Source: Burkholderiaceae bacterium
GTDB lineage: Bacteria > Pseudomonadota > Gammaproteobacteria > Burkholderiales > Burkholderiaceae_E
Direction: 5' to 3'
DNA length: 37,213 nucleotides
Assembly: GCA_035401985.1 (NCBI GenBank)
Contig: DAONCJ010000001.1
Location: forward strand, 1 to 37,213
Part shown: piece by piece, positions 8,723 through 18,219 of the stretch
Position numbering within the stretch: position 1 is the stretch's first letter
Layout of the letters: each line of letters begins with the position of its first letter
The notes under the pieces: generated by a model
The model's database searches: none
Seen by the model: only the letters and a program-made list of their open reading frames with translations
What the model was told of the DNA's origin: nothing
Made by a program: the position numbers and the translations under genes

Positions 8723-9787
8723 CTAGGCGGCGACGCGCGGCGGCGCGGACAACGAGAGCGGCTGCGGTTCGCCATTGCTCTTCAGCGAGCGCTGCGCCGC
8801 CTCGAGCACCTGGACGACCCGCAGGCCGTCGTGGCCGTCGGACACCGGGCGCGAGCGATCGCGCACGCAGTCGAGAAAGTGCTGGCACTCGAGCCGCAGT
8901 GGCTCGACTGCCTTGAAATACGGGATCTGGATGTCGCCGAAGCGCAGCCCGACCGACTCGGCAAAGGTGTTGTAGTGGTCGCCGACCGTGGCGCCCTTGT
9001 CGTAGATCCGCAGCTTCTCGGACCCGTCGGCATCGTCGAACACGGCCATGCGGCGGCTGCCGACCACGGTGATGCGGCGGATCTTGTGCGGATCGAGCCA
9101 GCTCACATGGACATGGGCCATGGCCTGGTCGGCGAAATTCATGTTCATGAAGACGACGTCCTCGATGCCGCGCTGCACGTAGCACTGACCCCGCGCCGAC
9201 ACGTCGGTGGGCACCTGGTCCAGCATGAACAGGATGCTGGAGATGTCGTGCGGCGCCAGGCTCCACAAGGCGTTCTCGTCCTGTCGGACGGTGCCCAGGT
9301 TAAGCCGCTGGCTGTAGACATACAGCACCCGCCCGAGATCGCCGGCACGGATCATCTCGCGCAGCTTCAGCACGACCGGATGGTATTCGAGCAGATGACC
9401 CACCATCAGCACGCGGCCGCGTTCGGCGGCCAGCCGGATCAGCTCTTCGCCGTCAGCCACCTCGAGCACCAGCGGCTTCTCGATGTAGACGTCCTTGCCG
9501 GCCATCAGTGCCTGGCGCCCGAGGGTGAAATGCGCCGTCGCACTGGCCGCGATCACGACCGCATCGAGCTGAGGATCGGCCAGCACCCGTGCGTAGTCGG
9601 GCGTGCAGACGGCATGAGGATAATTTTGCGAAGCCTCGGCCAGTCGCTGCGGGTCCGGGTCGCAGATCCACGCCAGGTCAGCACCGGGCATCTGCGCATA
9701 GTTTCTCGCTAGGTTGCGGCCCCAGGCACCGATGCCGGCCAGCCCCACCCGGACGGGACGCGCCCGGCCATCCCGCTCATCGCTCAT
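8723..9787 (-). CDS. Gfo/Idh/MocA oxidoreductase (WbpB/WlbA-like 3-dehydrogenase by context)
   Basis: Motifs GIGAWG, YIEKP, MVGH, RLNLG, WSLAPHD; lies among wbp-like genes. Confidence 0.85.
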   Translation of the reverse strand: MSDERDGRARPVRVGLAGIGAWGRNLARNYAQMPGADLAWICDPDPQRLAEASQNYPHAVCTPDYARVLADPQLDAVVIAASATAHFTLGRQALMAGKDVYIEKPLVLEVADGEELIRLAAERGRVLMVGHLLEYHPVVLKLREMIRAGDLGRVLYVYSQRLNLGTVRQDENALWSLAPHDISSILFMLDQVPTDVSARGQCYVQRGIEDVVFMNMNFADQAMAHVHVSWLDPHKIRRITVVGSRRMAVFDDADGSEKLRIYDKGATVGDHYNTFAESVGLRFGDIQIPYFKAVEPLRLECQHFLDCVRDRSRPVSDGHDGLRVVQVLEAAQRSLKSNGEPQPLSLSAPPRVAA

Positions 9788-10902
9788 CGTTTCGACTCCA
9801 TCCAGAATTCATTCAGCGCGGACACGATGCGCTGCGCGGCTCCGCCGTGGCCATAGGCATCGGCCGCCCGGGCGATCAGCGCTTCGCGCGAAGGCGCGCC
9901 GCGCAGCAGCCCGCGAAGCGCGGCCAGCACGGCCTCGGGCTGCGTTCCGGCGACAACATTGGCTCCGGCCTGCACGGTCTCGATCCACTCGGTTTCGCTG
10001 CGCAGCGTCACGCAGGGGGTACCCAACAGAAAGGCCTCCTTCTGCAGACCCCCCGAATCGGTAAGCACCGCGGCAGCGCCGGCAAGCAGACGCAGCATGG
10101 CCGGATGCCCCAGCGGCTCGCACAGCACCAGTCCAGCGGGCGGGCGCCAGTCGGGCAACAGTGCGTGCAGCCCGTCGCGCGTGCGCGGATGCAAGGGCAG
10201 CAGCAGCGCCTCGAACTCGCCTGCGCAGCGCTCCAGCGCATCCACCAGTCCAGGAAGCCGGGACGCCGTCGTGCTCTCGGCCCGATGCACAGTGGCCACC
10301 GCATAGCGCTTGCCGGCCAGGCTTTCGGCGAGCCGCTGCGATCCGTCGGGTGACGCCAGCGCCAGCGCGGCGAGCACTGCATCGGCCATCACATCGCCGA
10401 CCAGCCGGGAGCGCTCGCCCAGTCCTTCGCGCGCCAGGTGCGCCATCGCGACCGGCGTGGGCGCGAGCAGCAGGTCGCTGACGTGATCGGTGGCGACGCG
10501 GTTGATCTCCTCCGGCATGGCCCGGTTCAGGCTGCGCAGGCCGGCCTCGATGTGGGCCACCGGAATGTGCATCTTGGCCGCGGCAAGGGCGCCGGCCAGC
10601 GTCGAGTTGGTGTCGCCATACACCAGCACCAGCGAGGGCGACAACTCGCCGAAGGCCTGCTCGAGGCCGGCGAGCATCCGCCCCGTCTGCTCGCCATGCA
10701 GTCCGGAGCCGATCGCCAGATTGATCCTCGGCGCCGGCAGGCCCAGCTCGTCGAAGAACCGGCCCGACATCCGGGGATCGTAATGCTGGCCGGTGTGCAC
10801 GACGTCCTGCTGCCAGGGTGAGCCCGGCTGCGCGAGCGCGCGGGCGACCGGTCCCAGCTTCACGAACTGGGGCCGTGCACCGACGACGTGGGCGATGCGC
10901 AT
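9784..10902 (-). CDS. wecB: Non-hydrolysing UDP-GlcNAc-type 2-epimerase (WbpI/WlbD-like)
   Basis: Motifs GARPQFVK, HTGQHYD, VYGDTNS, HIEAGLRS, MPEEINR, TDSGGLQKEA. Confidence 0.92.
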   Translation of the reverse strand: MRIAHVVGARPQFVKLGPVARALAQPGSPWQQDVVHTGQHYDPRMSGRFFDELGLPAPRINLAIGSGLHGEQTGRMLAGLEQAFGELSPSLVLVYGDTNSTLAGALAAAKMHIPVAHIEAGLRSLNRAMPEEINRVATDHVSDLLLAPTPVAMAHLAREGLGERSRLVGDVMADAVLAALALASPDGSQRLAESLAGKRYAVATVHRAESTTASRLPGLVDALERCAGEFEALLLPLHPRTRDGLHALLPDWRPPAGLVLCEPLGHPAMLRLLAGAAAVLTDSGGLQKEAFLLGTPCVTLRSETEWIETVQAGANVVAGTQPEAVLAALRGLLRGAPSREALIARAADAYGHGGAAQRIVSALNEFWMESKR

Positions 10903-10905
10903 CGT

Positions 10906-12156
10906 CTAGCGATGGAAGTCGGCGACGGCCTGAACGACGTAGTCGATCTGGTCCACGCTCAACTCGGGATAGACAGGGATCGCCAGTGTCTGCAGTGCGG
11001 CGGCCTCGGCGTGCGGCATGTCGCCTGGGCGATGGCCAAGCTGATCGAAGCACGGCTGCAGATGCAGCGGCACCGGATAGTAGATTTCAGTGCCGATGCC
11101 GCGACCGGACAGGAACTCGCGCAGCGCATCCCGGCGCGGCGAGCGGACCACGAACTGGTTGTAGATATGCCGGTAGCCGGGCAGCTCGAGCGGCATGACC
11201 AGCGCATCGCCCAGCCCCAGCGCCGCGAAGCGCTCGCGGTACAACGCCGCATTGCGCTGGCGGGCCCGCGTCCAGTCGTCGAGATGACGGAACTTGATCC
11301 GCAGGACCGCGGCCTGAATCTCGTCCAGGCGCAGATTCGCGCCGATCACAGCGTGGTGGTACTTGGGCTTTCCGCCATGCACCCGCAGCACGCGCATGCG
11401 TTCGGCCAGGGCGGCGTCGCCGCTCGAACACATGCCCGCATCGCCGAATGCGCCGAGGTTCTTGCTCGGGAAGAACGAAAAGCAGCCGACGCTGCCGAAG
11501 CTGCCGGCCCGCGCGCCGCCTGCGACTTCAGCGCCGATCGCCTGCGCTGCGTCCTCGATCACCGCAAGCCCCGCTTCACCGGCCAGCGCCATCAGCGCCG
11601 GCATCTCGGCGCACTGCCCATACAGGTGCACCGGCATCAGCGCCCGCACACGGGCGCCGCTGCGCCGATCGACCAGCCCGTCGGCCGTGCGGTCGCAGGC
11701 CTGCGCAATGAAGCGGCGCACCGCGGCGACATCCAGGTTGTAGGTGGCCGGATCGATGTCGCAGAAGATCGGCCGCGCACCCATGCGCGCCACGGTGCCG
11801 GCGGTCGCGAAGAAGCTGTAAGGCGTGGTGATGACGGCGTCGCCGGGCCCGATGCCCAGCCCCATCAGCGCCAGCAGCAGGGCGTCGGTGCCCGACGAGA
11901 CACCCACCCCTTGGGCGCACTGGCTGTACGCGGCGATCTCCTGCTCGAGCGCCTTGACCTGCGGCCCGAGGATGAACTGCTGCTTCTCGCAGACCTCGGC
12001 GATCGCCGGCAGGATCTGGTCCTTGAGGCTCTCGTACTGCCCATGCAGATCGAGCAGCGGGACACCGGAGATCGGCGCCTTTATCGAGGCGGCCATGGGC
12101 GGGGCGACGGGCGCAGCGGAGGACTCGACGGAAGCGGCGGCGGCGATGACATTCAT
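10906..12156 (-). CDS. DegT/DnrJ/EryC1/StrS PLP-dependent sugar aminotransferase (WbpE-like)
   Basis: Likely start MNVIA at 12156. Motifs SSGTDAL, PVHLYGQ, IEDAAQA, SFFPSKNLG (PLP Lys), RLDEIQAA. Confidence 0.92.
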   Translation of the reverse strand: MNVIAAAASVESSAAPVAPPMAASIKAPISGVPLLDLHGQYESLKDQILPAIAEVCEKQQFILGPQVKALEQEIAAYSQCAQGVGVSSGTDALLLALMGLGIGPGDAVITTPYSFFATAGTVARMGARPIFCDIDPATYNLDVAAVRRFIAQACDRTADGLVDRRSGARVRALMPVHLYGQCAEMPALMALAGEAGLAVIEDAAQAIGAEVAGGARAGSFGSVGCFSFFPSKNLGAFGDAGMCSSGDAALAERMRVLRVHGGKPKYHHAVIGANLRLDEIQAAVLRIKFRHLDDWTRARQRNAALYRERFAALGLGDALVMPLELPGYRHIYNQFVVRSPRRDALREFLSGRGIGTEIYYPVPLHLQPCFDQLGHRPGDMPHAEAAALQTLAIPVYPELSVDQIDYVVQAVADFHR

Positions 12157-12160
12157 GGAT

Positions 12161-12751
12161 TCAGCCCTGTCTGACAAGACCGGCGCCTTGCCGGAGGTAG
12201 CGATCGCCGCAGGCGCGGCAGGAGTCTTCTTCGCCCTGCGGCGCGGCCGCGGCCAGCGCAAGCCGCACGCCGCACGCGCAGACCCAGCCGCGATGGCGCG
12301 CCGGATTGCCGGTCACCAGCGCGAACGGGGCGATGTCGCGCGACACCACCGCACCGGCGCCGACGAAGCAGTATTCGCCCAGCGTGACGCCGCAGATGAT
12401 GGTGGCGTTCGCGCCGATCGATGACCCGCGCTTCACCAGCGTCGGCCGGTATTCGTGCTTGCGTTCGACATGGGCGCGCGGATTGATCACGTTGGTGAAC
12501 ACCATCGACGGCCCGCAGAACACGTCGTCCTCCAGCGTCACGCCGGTGTAGACCGAGACGTTGTTCTGGATCTTCACGCCGTTGCCGATCACGCACCCGG
12601 GCGAGACGACGACGTTCTGGCCGAGATTGCATCGCTCACCCAGCACCGCACCGGGCATCACGTGGCTGAAGTGCCAGATCTTCGTGCCGGCGCCGATGCG
12701 GGCGCCGTCATCGATGACGGCGGTCTCGTGGGCGAAGTAAGTGTCAGGCAT
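12161..12751 (-). CDS. wbpD: Hexapeptide-repeat N-acetyltransferase (WbpD/WlbB-like)
   Basis: Motifs IWHFSHV, CNLGQNV, KIQNNVSVY, GPSMVFTNV.NPR, GNPAR, and C-terminal CxCG...CxxCG. Confidence 0.9.
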   Translation of the reverse strand: MPDTYFAHETAVIDDGARIGAGTKIWHFSHVMPGAVLGERCNLGQNVVVSPGCVIGNGVKIQNNVSVYTGVTLEDDVFCGPSMVFTNVINPRAHVERKHEYRPTLVKRGSSIGANATIICGVTLGEYCFVGAGAVVSRDIAPFALVTGNPARHRGWVCACGVRLALAAAAPQGEEDSCRACGDRYLRQGAGLVRQG

Positions 12752-12760
12752 CGGCTGTGC

Positions 12761-14644
12761 TCACAGAGTCGCGGGGTCGATCATCGTCTGGTGCCACAGT
12801 TCGAGCTGCAGCGCGCCCCACAGCGCGCGGCCGAACTGCGCCTCATCGTCGATCAGCCGGGTGATGGCGGCGGGGTCGAACAGGCCGCGCTGACGGGCCC
12901 GTTGCGAAAGCAGCAGGTCGCAGACGAAATCACGGGCCGGGCCGCGTGCCCAGTGCTGCAGCGGCACCGGAAAGCCCATCTTGTCGCGGCGGTTCAGGAT
13001 CGAGGCCGGCAGCAGCGGCGCGGCGGCGTCACGCATCGCGGCCTTCAGCCGCCCGCCGGACAGCAGCATCGCGTCGGGCAGCCGGGCCACTGCGTCGACC
13101 AGCGGCGCACTGAGCAGCGGCACGCGCGATTCCAGGGACACCGCCATGCTGACCCGGTCCTCGACCTGCAGCAGCGCCGGCAGGCTGGACACGAGGTCCG
13201 CATGGAGCATCCGCTTGAGCGGACTGCAGTCGGACGGCCGCTCGAACAACTGCTCGAAGCGCTCGGCCACCTGCGAGCGCGCCATCCGCTCGCGCAGGAC
13301 CGGCCCGAGCGTCGGACCTGCGGCGTCGCGGCGATCGATCAGCCTGAAGTAGCGCTGATGCGCCGGCGCATCGAGCCCGTCGGCCCAGGCCCGGCGCAGC
13401 ATCGGCAAATAGCCTTGCAACGTGCCCAGCCCGTGTTCCAGATCGGCCAGTGCCAGGTCGCCGGGCGCACCGGCGCGCCCCTGCATCGCCGCGAGCAGGG
13501 CCTGCTCCAGCGCGCCGATCAGATGCCGTGCGTAGCCGCCAAAGATCTCGTCTCCGCCCTGCCCGCCCAGACAGACCTTGACCCGCGCACGGGCGGCGCG
13601 CGAGACGATGTATTGGGGCACCAGTCCGGGGCCGGCTGCCGGCTCGTCCATCTGCCAGGCCAGCTTCGGCAGCGAATCGATCCAGTCGGCCTCGGTGATC
13701 CAGACCACCTGCGGGTCGGCGCCGATGTGCCGGGCCATGGTCAGCGCGTGGGCGCTTTCGTCGAACTGCGGCCCTTCGCGAAACGAACCGGTGAAGGTCG
13801 GCATCGGCGCCGGCGCACTGCGCGCGGCGAGCGCACTCACCAGGCTCGAATCCATGCCACCGCTCAGATAGGCGCCCACCGGCACGTCGCTGCGCATCTG
13901 CCGGGCCACCGACGCGGCCAGCAGCTCGCGCACCTGCTCGAGCGACGGCCCCGGGGCGGCCGCCGGGTCGACGCGGTAATCGGGCGTCCAGTAGCGCACG
14001 TTGCGCACCGCCAGCGTGGCCAGGTCGATCACCTGATAGTGCGCGGGCTCCACACGCCGGATGCCTTCGAACAGCGTGCGCTCGCCGAGCACGAACTGGA
14101 GGCTGAGGTAGTCCTCCAGCGCCTCGGGATCGACCCGACGGGCCACCGAGGGATCGCGCAGCAGCGCCTTGATCTCGGACGCATAGGCCAGCCGTCCGGG
14201 GGCCGACCACCAGTACAGCGGCTTGATGCCGAAGTGGTCGCGCGCGGCCACCGCGATGCCCCGGCGTGCATCGTGCAGCACCAGGGCGAACATGCCATCG
14301 AGCCGCGCAAAGCAATCGGTGCCGAAGGCCAGATACATGCGCAGCAGCACCTCGGTGTCGGACCGGGTCCGGAACACATGGCCCAGCCCGATCAGCTCGT
14401 CGCGCAGCTCTGAAAAGTTGTAGATCTCGCCATTGAAGACCAGAGCGACGCCATCATGGGCCATCGGCTGATGGCCGCCCGCCACATCGATGATCGACAG
14501 ACGCCGATGCGCGAACGCCACTCCGTCAGCCACGTACCGGCCCTGATCGTCGGGCCCGCGATGGGCGATCGACTCCGCCATGCGCCCGAGCAGCCGCTCA
14601 TCCGGCGTGCCGACCGGCTGAAACAGAGCGACCAGCCCGCACAT
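12761..14644 (-). CDS. asnB: Asparagine synthase (glutamine-hydrolysing)-like amidotransferase
   Basis: MCG start, HRGPDD, HRRLSIID, FNGEIYNF, LSGGMDSS, GGDEIFGGY, DRVSMAVSLESRVP, KMGFPVP. Confidence 0.93.
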   Translation of the reverse strand: MCGLVALFQPVGTPDERLLGRMAESIAHRGPDDQGRYVADGVAFAHRRLSIIDVAGGHQPMAHDGVALVFNGEIYNFSELRDELIGLGHVFRTRSDTEVLLRMYLAFGTDCFARLDGMFALVLHDARRGIAVAARDHFGIKPLYWWSAPGRLAYASEIKALLRDPSVARRVDPEALEDYLSLQFVLGERTLFEGIRRVEPAHYQVIDLATLAVRNVRYWTPDYRVDPAAAPGPSLEQVRELLAASVARQMRSDVPVGAYLSGGMDSSLVSALAARSAPAPMPTFTGSFREGPQFDESAHALTMARHIGADPQVVWITEADWIDSLPKLAWQMDEPAAGPGLVPQYIVSRAARARVKVCLGGQGGDEIFGGYARHLIGALEQALLAAMQGRAGAPGDLALADLEHGLGTLQGYLPMLRRAWADGLDAPAHQRYFRLIDRRDAAGPTLGPVLRERMARSQVAERFEQLFERPSDCSPLKRMLHADLVSSLPALLQVEDRVSMAVSLESRVPLLSAPLVDAVARLPDAMLLSGGRLKAAMRDAAAPLLPASILNRRDKMGFPVPLQHWARGPARDFVCDLLLSQRARQRGLFDPAAITRLIDDEAQFGRALWGALQLELWHQTMIDPATL

Positions 14645-14646
14645 GA

Positions 14647-15642
14647 TCAGGCCGGGTTGCCCGCGGGCAGCACCCGCATGTCGAGGTCACCGGCGACCGC
14701 GTCGGCGTGAACGCTCATCGGCACCAGGTCGTAATGCTTTCGCAGCGCGCGCAGGACCCGCAGCAGCAGTCGCGTCTTTTCCGCGCTGGAAATGTCCATG
14801 CCCGGAAAGAACGACAGCGCCGGCGCCTGGTCGCCGCCGATCACGTCCAGCGGGTGGAGCAGAAAGCTCGGCGAAGTGCCGGTGATGCGGCAGGCGGTCA
14901 GCGCCGTGTGCAGATAGGCCATCATCAGCCCTTCCGAGAAGCGCGCCAGGAAGGCGAGATAGCTGAAGTGAAACGGCGTGCGGGCGATCGGCAGCGTGGT
15001 CACGGGTATCTCGAGCAGCCGCCGGCCATCGGCAAGCGCCCACTGGTACGGCTTGTTGGGCCGAAGGCCATCGGCGAAGCTGCCGAACAGGCCCTTGCGC
15101 CGCTCGCGTTCCTCGGCGCTCAGACGCGCGGTCCAGAAGTAATAGGTGCGGGCGATCGGTCCGAGCCAGGTCGGCAGTGTGGAGGCGTCGTAGCGGTGGC
15201 CGCTGTCGGCCAGCACTTCGAGCAGCATCGGACTCCAGCTGAACCCCGGGCCGCGAAAGCCGACCGGGCGCACGCCGGTGGCCGCCTCGATGGCGTCGTC
15301 GGTGTCGCGCACCTCGCGCTCGAGCTGCTCACGCGTGTACAACGGCAGCCACGGCTCGTGCTCGAACGAATGGTTGGCGACCTCGTGACCCGCCTGCACC
15401 AGCGAACGCAGGGCGGCGTGGTTGGACGTCTGCGCCGCGTCCGCCCCGACGATGAAGAACGTGATCGGCAGCCGCTCGCGCTCCAGCACCTCGAGCATGT
15501 AGGGCACGAACGAGTCCAGGTAGCTGGGGCGCGACTGCCAGCCCGGATCGCCATGGATCTTCATGTACGACCACAGGTTGTCCAGATCCAGCGACACGCT
15601 GGCCAGCGCACGGGTGCCCGGCGTCGAAGGCGGGGCACTCAT
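14647..15642 (-). CDS. Polysaccharide deacetylase (CE4/NodB-like)
   Basis: Motifs SLDLDN, ITFFIVG, GHEVANHSFEH, GFRGPGFS, YDAS, LLEIPVT, LLHPLD. Confidence 0.88.
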   Translation of the reverse strand: MSAPPSTPGTRALASVSLDLDNLWSYMKIHGDPGWQSRPSYLDSFVPYMLEVLERERLPITFFIVGADAAQTSNHAALRSLVQAGHEVANHSFEHEPWLPLYTREQLEREVRDTDDAIEAATGVRPVGFRGPGFSWSPMLLEVLADSGHRYDASTLPTWLGPIARTYYFWTARLSAEERERRKGLFGSFADGLRPNKPYQWALADGRRLLEIPVTTLPIARTPFHFSYLAFLARFSEGLMMAYLHTALTACRITGTSPSFLLHPLDVIGGDQAPALSFFPGMDISSAEKTRLLLRVLRALRKHYDLVPMSVHADAVAGDLDMRVLPAGNPA

Positions 15643-17027
15643 CGGACAGGCTCCTGGTGCAGACGCGCGACAAGATCGGTCAGACGGTCGCCGACCACGC
15701 CCAGCGTCTCGTTCACGTTCAGCGTCCCCTGCGCGATCTGCGCCGAATTGATCAGCGACACATTGGGCAGGGAAGTGACCATCGGCGGCATGGCTTTCGC
15801 GGTGTAATCGAGGGTGGAGATGGCCAGCACGTGACGCGCGCGCGCAACCTTGAAGTCGATCACATCGTCGGTGCGAAACTGCGGGTACATCCGGGTCAGC
15901 GACTCGAACGCCTGCTGCCGGAACGCCTCGTCGGACTGCGCCCAGGCCGGATCGTCCTGGGCCAGATAGCGGGGCAGGTACACCAGCGCATTTCCGCCGA
16001 AGCGATCGCGGTCGACCAGCGCGGTCATCTCGATCACACCGGTCAGCGCGATGCCCGGATCGGTGATGTTGGTGACGTAATAGGGCGACAAGGGGGTGCG
16101 GGTCAGCATGGTGCCGCAGACGATGCCCTGATACTTCACTGCTTCCAGGCGCTCCCGTTCGCCGGCCTGCAGCTGCGGAAACAGCCGCGCCACCTCGGGC
16201 GTCGGCACGGTGGCCACCAGCCGGTCGAAGCTCAGCGATCCGCCATCGGACAGCTCGACCTCGACGTTGTCGCCGTGGTCGGTGATGCGCTCGGCCGGCA
16301 TGCCCCCGAGGACATTCACACCCGATTCACGAAGCCGATCCGACAGCGCGGCCAGCACCGCCGCATAGCCGCCGTCCAGATAGCCGAACATCTCCTCCTT
16401 CAGACCGGAGCGGCGGGCCGCATACATGCGGGCGATGATGGCCCAGATGAAGGCGGCGCTCGCGATCCGATAGTTCTCGCCCAGCTTGCTGCGAAGCAGG
16501 GGCAGCCAGATGCGCTCGAGCACCCGCGCGCCCGACCATCGGCCCAGCCAGTCGACCGCGAGCTCGCGCTCCAGAGGTCGCACATCCTTCAGGCGCGACG
16601 CCAGAAAGATCGTCCCGCCAAGCCGCAGCTTCTGGATGAGGTTCAGCGGCGGGAAGCGCAGGAACTCGAGCGTGTTCGACATCGAGTGCAGGCGGCCATC
16701 GCTGAAGAACCCGGTTCGGGTACGGCCCCAGCGCAGCCGCCCGGTCAGCGACAGCTCGTCGACCAGCGCGCGCGTGTTCAGGTCCGACATCAGCACCACG
16801 TGATAGAAGCGATCCCACGGATAGCCGCCGATGGTCTGCGCATCGGCCAGCCCGCCCGGCGCCGGCGCCGCCTCGAGCACCGACACGGCGAAGCCCTGCT
16901 GCGACAATCGAAGCGCCAGCACCATGCCGAGCAGTCCACCGCCCAGCACCGCGACCCGCTTGCGCGCGGCTGCCCTGGGGGCCGATGACGATGCGGACGC
17001 CTCAACCACGGGGCACCCCTGCGCCAT
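15639..17027 (-). CDS. FAD-dependent oxidoreductase (amine oxidase/protoporphyrinogen-oxidase-like fold), function unknown
   Basis: Motifs VAVLGGGLLG, LEAAPAPGGLA, DRFYH, GYLDGG, YVTNI; overlaps both neighbours. Start codon uncertain. Confidence 0.82.
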   Translation of the reverse strand: MAQGCPVVEASASSSAPRAAARKRVAVLGGGLLGMVLALRLSQQGFAVSVLEAAPAPGGLADAQTIGGYPWDRFYHVVLMSDLNTRALVDELSLTGRLRWGRTRTGFFSDGRLHSMSNTLEFLRFPPLNLIQKLRLGGTIFLASRLKDVRPLERELAVDWLGRWSGARVLERIWLPLLRSKLGENYRIASAAFIWAIIARMYAARRSGLKEEMFGYLDGGYAAVLAALSDRLRESGVNVLGGMPAERITDHGDNVEVELSDGGSLSFDRLVATVPTPEVARLFPQLQAGERERLEAVKYQGIVCGTMLTRTPLSPYYVTNITDPGIALTGVIEMTALVDRDRFGGNALVYLPRYLAQDDPAWAQSDEAFRQQAFESLTRMYPQFRTDDVIDFKVARARHVLAISTLDYTAKAMPPMVTSLPNVSLINSAQIAQGTLNVNETLGVVGDRLTDLVARLHQEPVR

Positions 17028-18084
17028 CGCCCTGTCCTTCCATCACGCGGCGCAGTTCGACGCCCATGTAGTAAGCATCATTGAAGTAGCGGGCGTTCTG
17101 CAGCGAGACGGCCCCGAGACTGATCAGCTGTATCGCCAGCACCAGCGACAGCACCCCGATGAACAGGGTCTGCGGATGCTCGCGATAGACGATCATCGCC
17201 GCCGCATGCAAAGGGCGCTCCGCCCCCAAAGCGGCAAGGAATTCCACGACCACCCAGAAGTTCACGTACGCCGACAGCGCGAGCATCAGCAGCCCGGGCA
17301 GCAGCAGCATCACGAACGGACGGAAGATGAAGCCGGCGATCAGCGTCGAGCCGATGTGGCGCAGGATGCGCATGCTCGAGGTGCGCGTGGGTCCGGCCGC
17401 GAGCTGCCGGCTCCAGTCCAGGTGGGCCGGGATCTCGATGATCCGGCCGTTCAGGATCATCGTCTTCTGGACGATCTCGGGCATGATGTCCATGCCGGTG
17501 GCGCGCAGGAAAAGCCGGCGCACGAACGGTCCGTCGTAGGCCCGCACCATGCAGGTCAGCGTCGAGAAGTGCCCGCGCGCGAAGAACCTCAGGAACCGGT
17601 TTCCCCACTGACTGAGCACTCGGCGCTTGAACGGCACGTTGGTCACCTGGCCGCCGGGCATGTAGGCCGATGCCAGCACCAGTTTGGCGCGCTCGGTCAC
17701 AATCGCCTCGAGCAGGGCACCGATGTGATCGACCGAGTAGCTCAGGTCGACGTCGAAGGTGATCACATAGTCGCCGCGCGAGGCCGCGAACGAGGTCTTG
17801 AACGCCTGGCCGAGGCCGAAATTCCGGGGATGGCTGATCACGCGGATGGCGTTGTAGCGCGCCTGCAGCCGATCGGCGATCGCGCCGGAATCGTCGGAGC
17901 TGCCGTCGTTGATCAGCAGGATCTCGAACCGGTAGCGGGCCGACAGGGTCTCAAGGTAGGCCATGATGTCGTCCACATGCGCCTCTAGCAGACCGGCCTC
18001 GTTGAAGGCGGGCAGCACCAGGGTCACCAGGGGACGGCAGGGCAGATTCATGAGCTGTGGATCGAACAGTGTGGCGCCGATCAT
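17002..18084 (-). CDS. Glycosyltransferase family 2, DPM1/ArnC/GtrB-like, with C-terminal transmembrane helices
   Basis: Motifs LPAFNE, INDGSSD, NFGLG, ITFDVDLSY (DxD); hydrophobic C-terminal helices. Alternative start at 18051. Confidence 0.88.
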   Translation of the reverse strand: MIGATLFDPQLMNLPCRPLVTLVLPAFNEAGLLEAHVDDIMAYLETLSARYRFEILLINDGSSDDSGAIADRLQARYNAIRVISHPRNFGLGQAFKTSFAASRGDYVITFDVDLSYSVDHIGALLEAIVTERAKLVLASAYMPGGQVTNVPFKRRVLSQWGNRFLRFFARGHFSTLTCMVRAYDGPFVRRLFLRATGMDIMPEIVQKTMILNGRIIEIPAHLDWSRQLAAGPTRTSSMRILRHIGSTLIAGFIFRPFVMLLLPGLLMLALSAYVNFWVVVEFLAALGAERPLHAAAMIVYREHPQTLFIGVLSLVLAIQLISLGAVSLQNARYFNDAYYMGVELRRVMEGQGDGAGVPRG

Positions 18085-18219
18085 AGCGACGCCTCGATTG
18101 CGCCATGCGGAAACAAGTCACGTTGTCGGCCAGGATCCCGCGCCGGGCCGATGGCCGGTTCGCCCGAGGGGATCGGGACAACAGTTCTCTGATGTGCATA
18201 GCGGCGGGAGCCCAGCGAC

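Noticed and set aside
702-14368. Identical 18-mer ctcggtgtcggaccgggt at 702-719 and 14351-14368
   Set aside because: Encodes the conserved TRSDTE motif of the two asnB paralogs; not a mobile-element end or att site.
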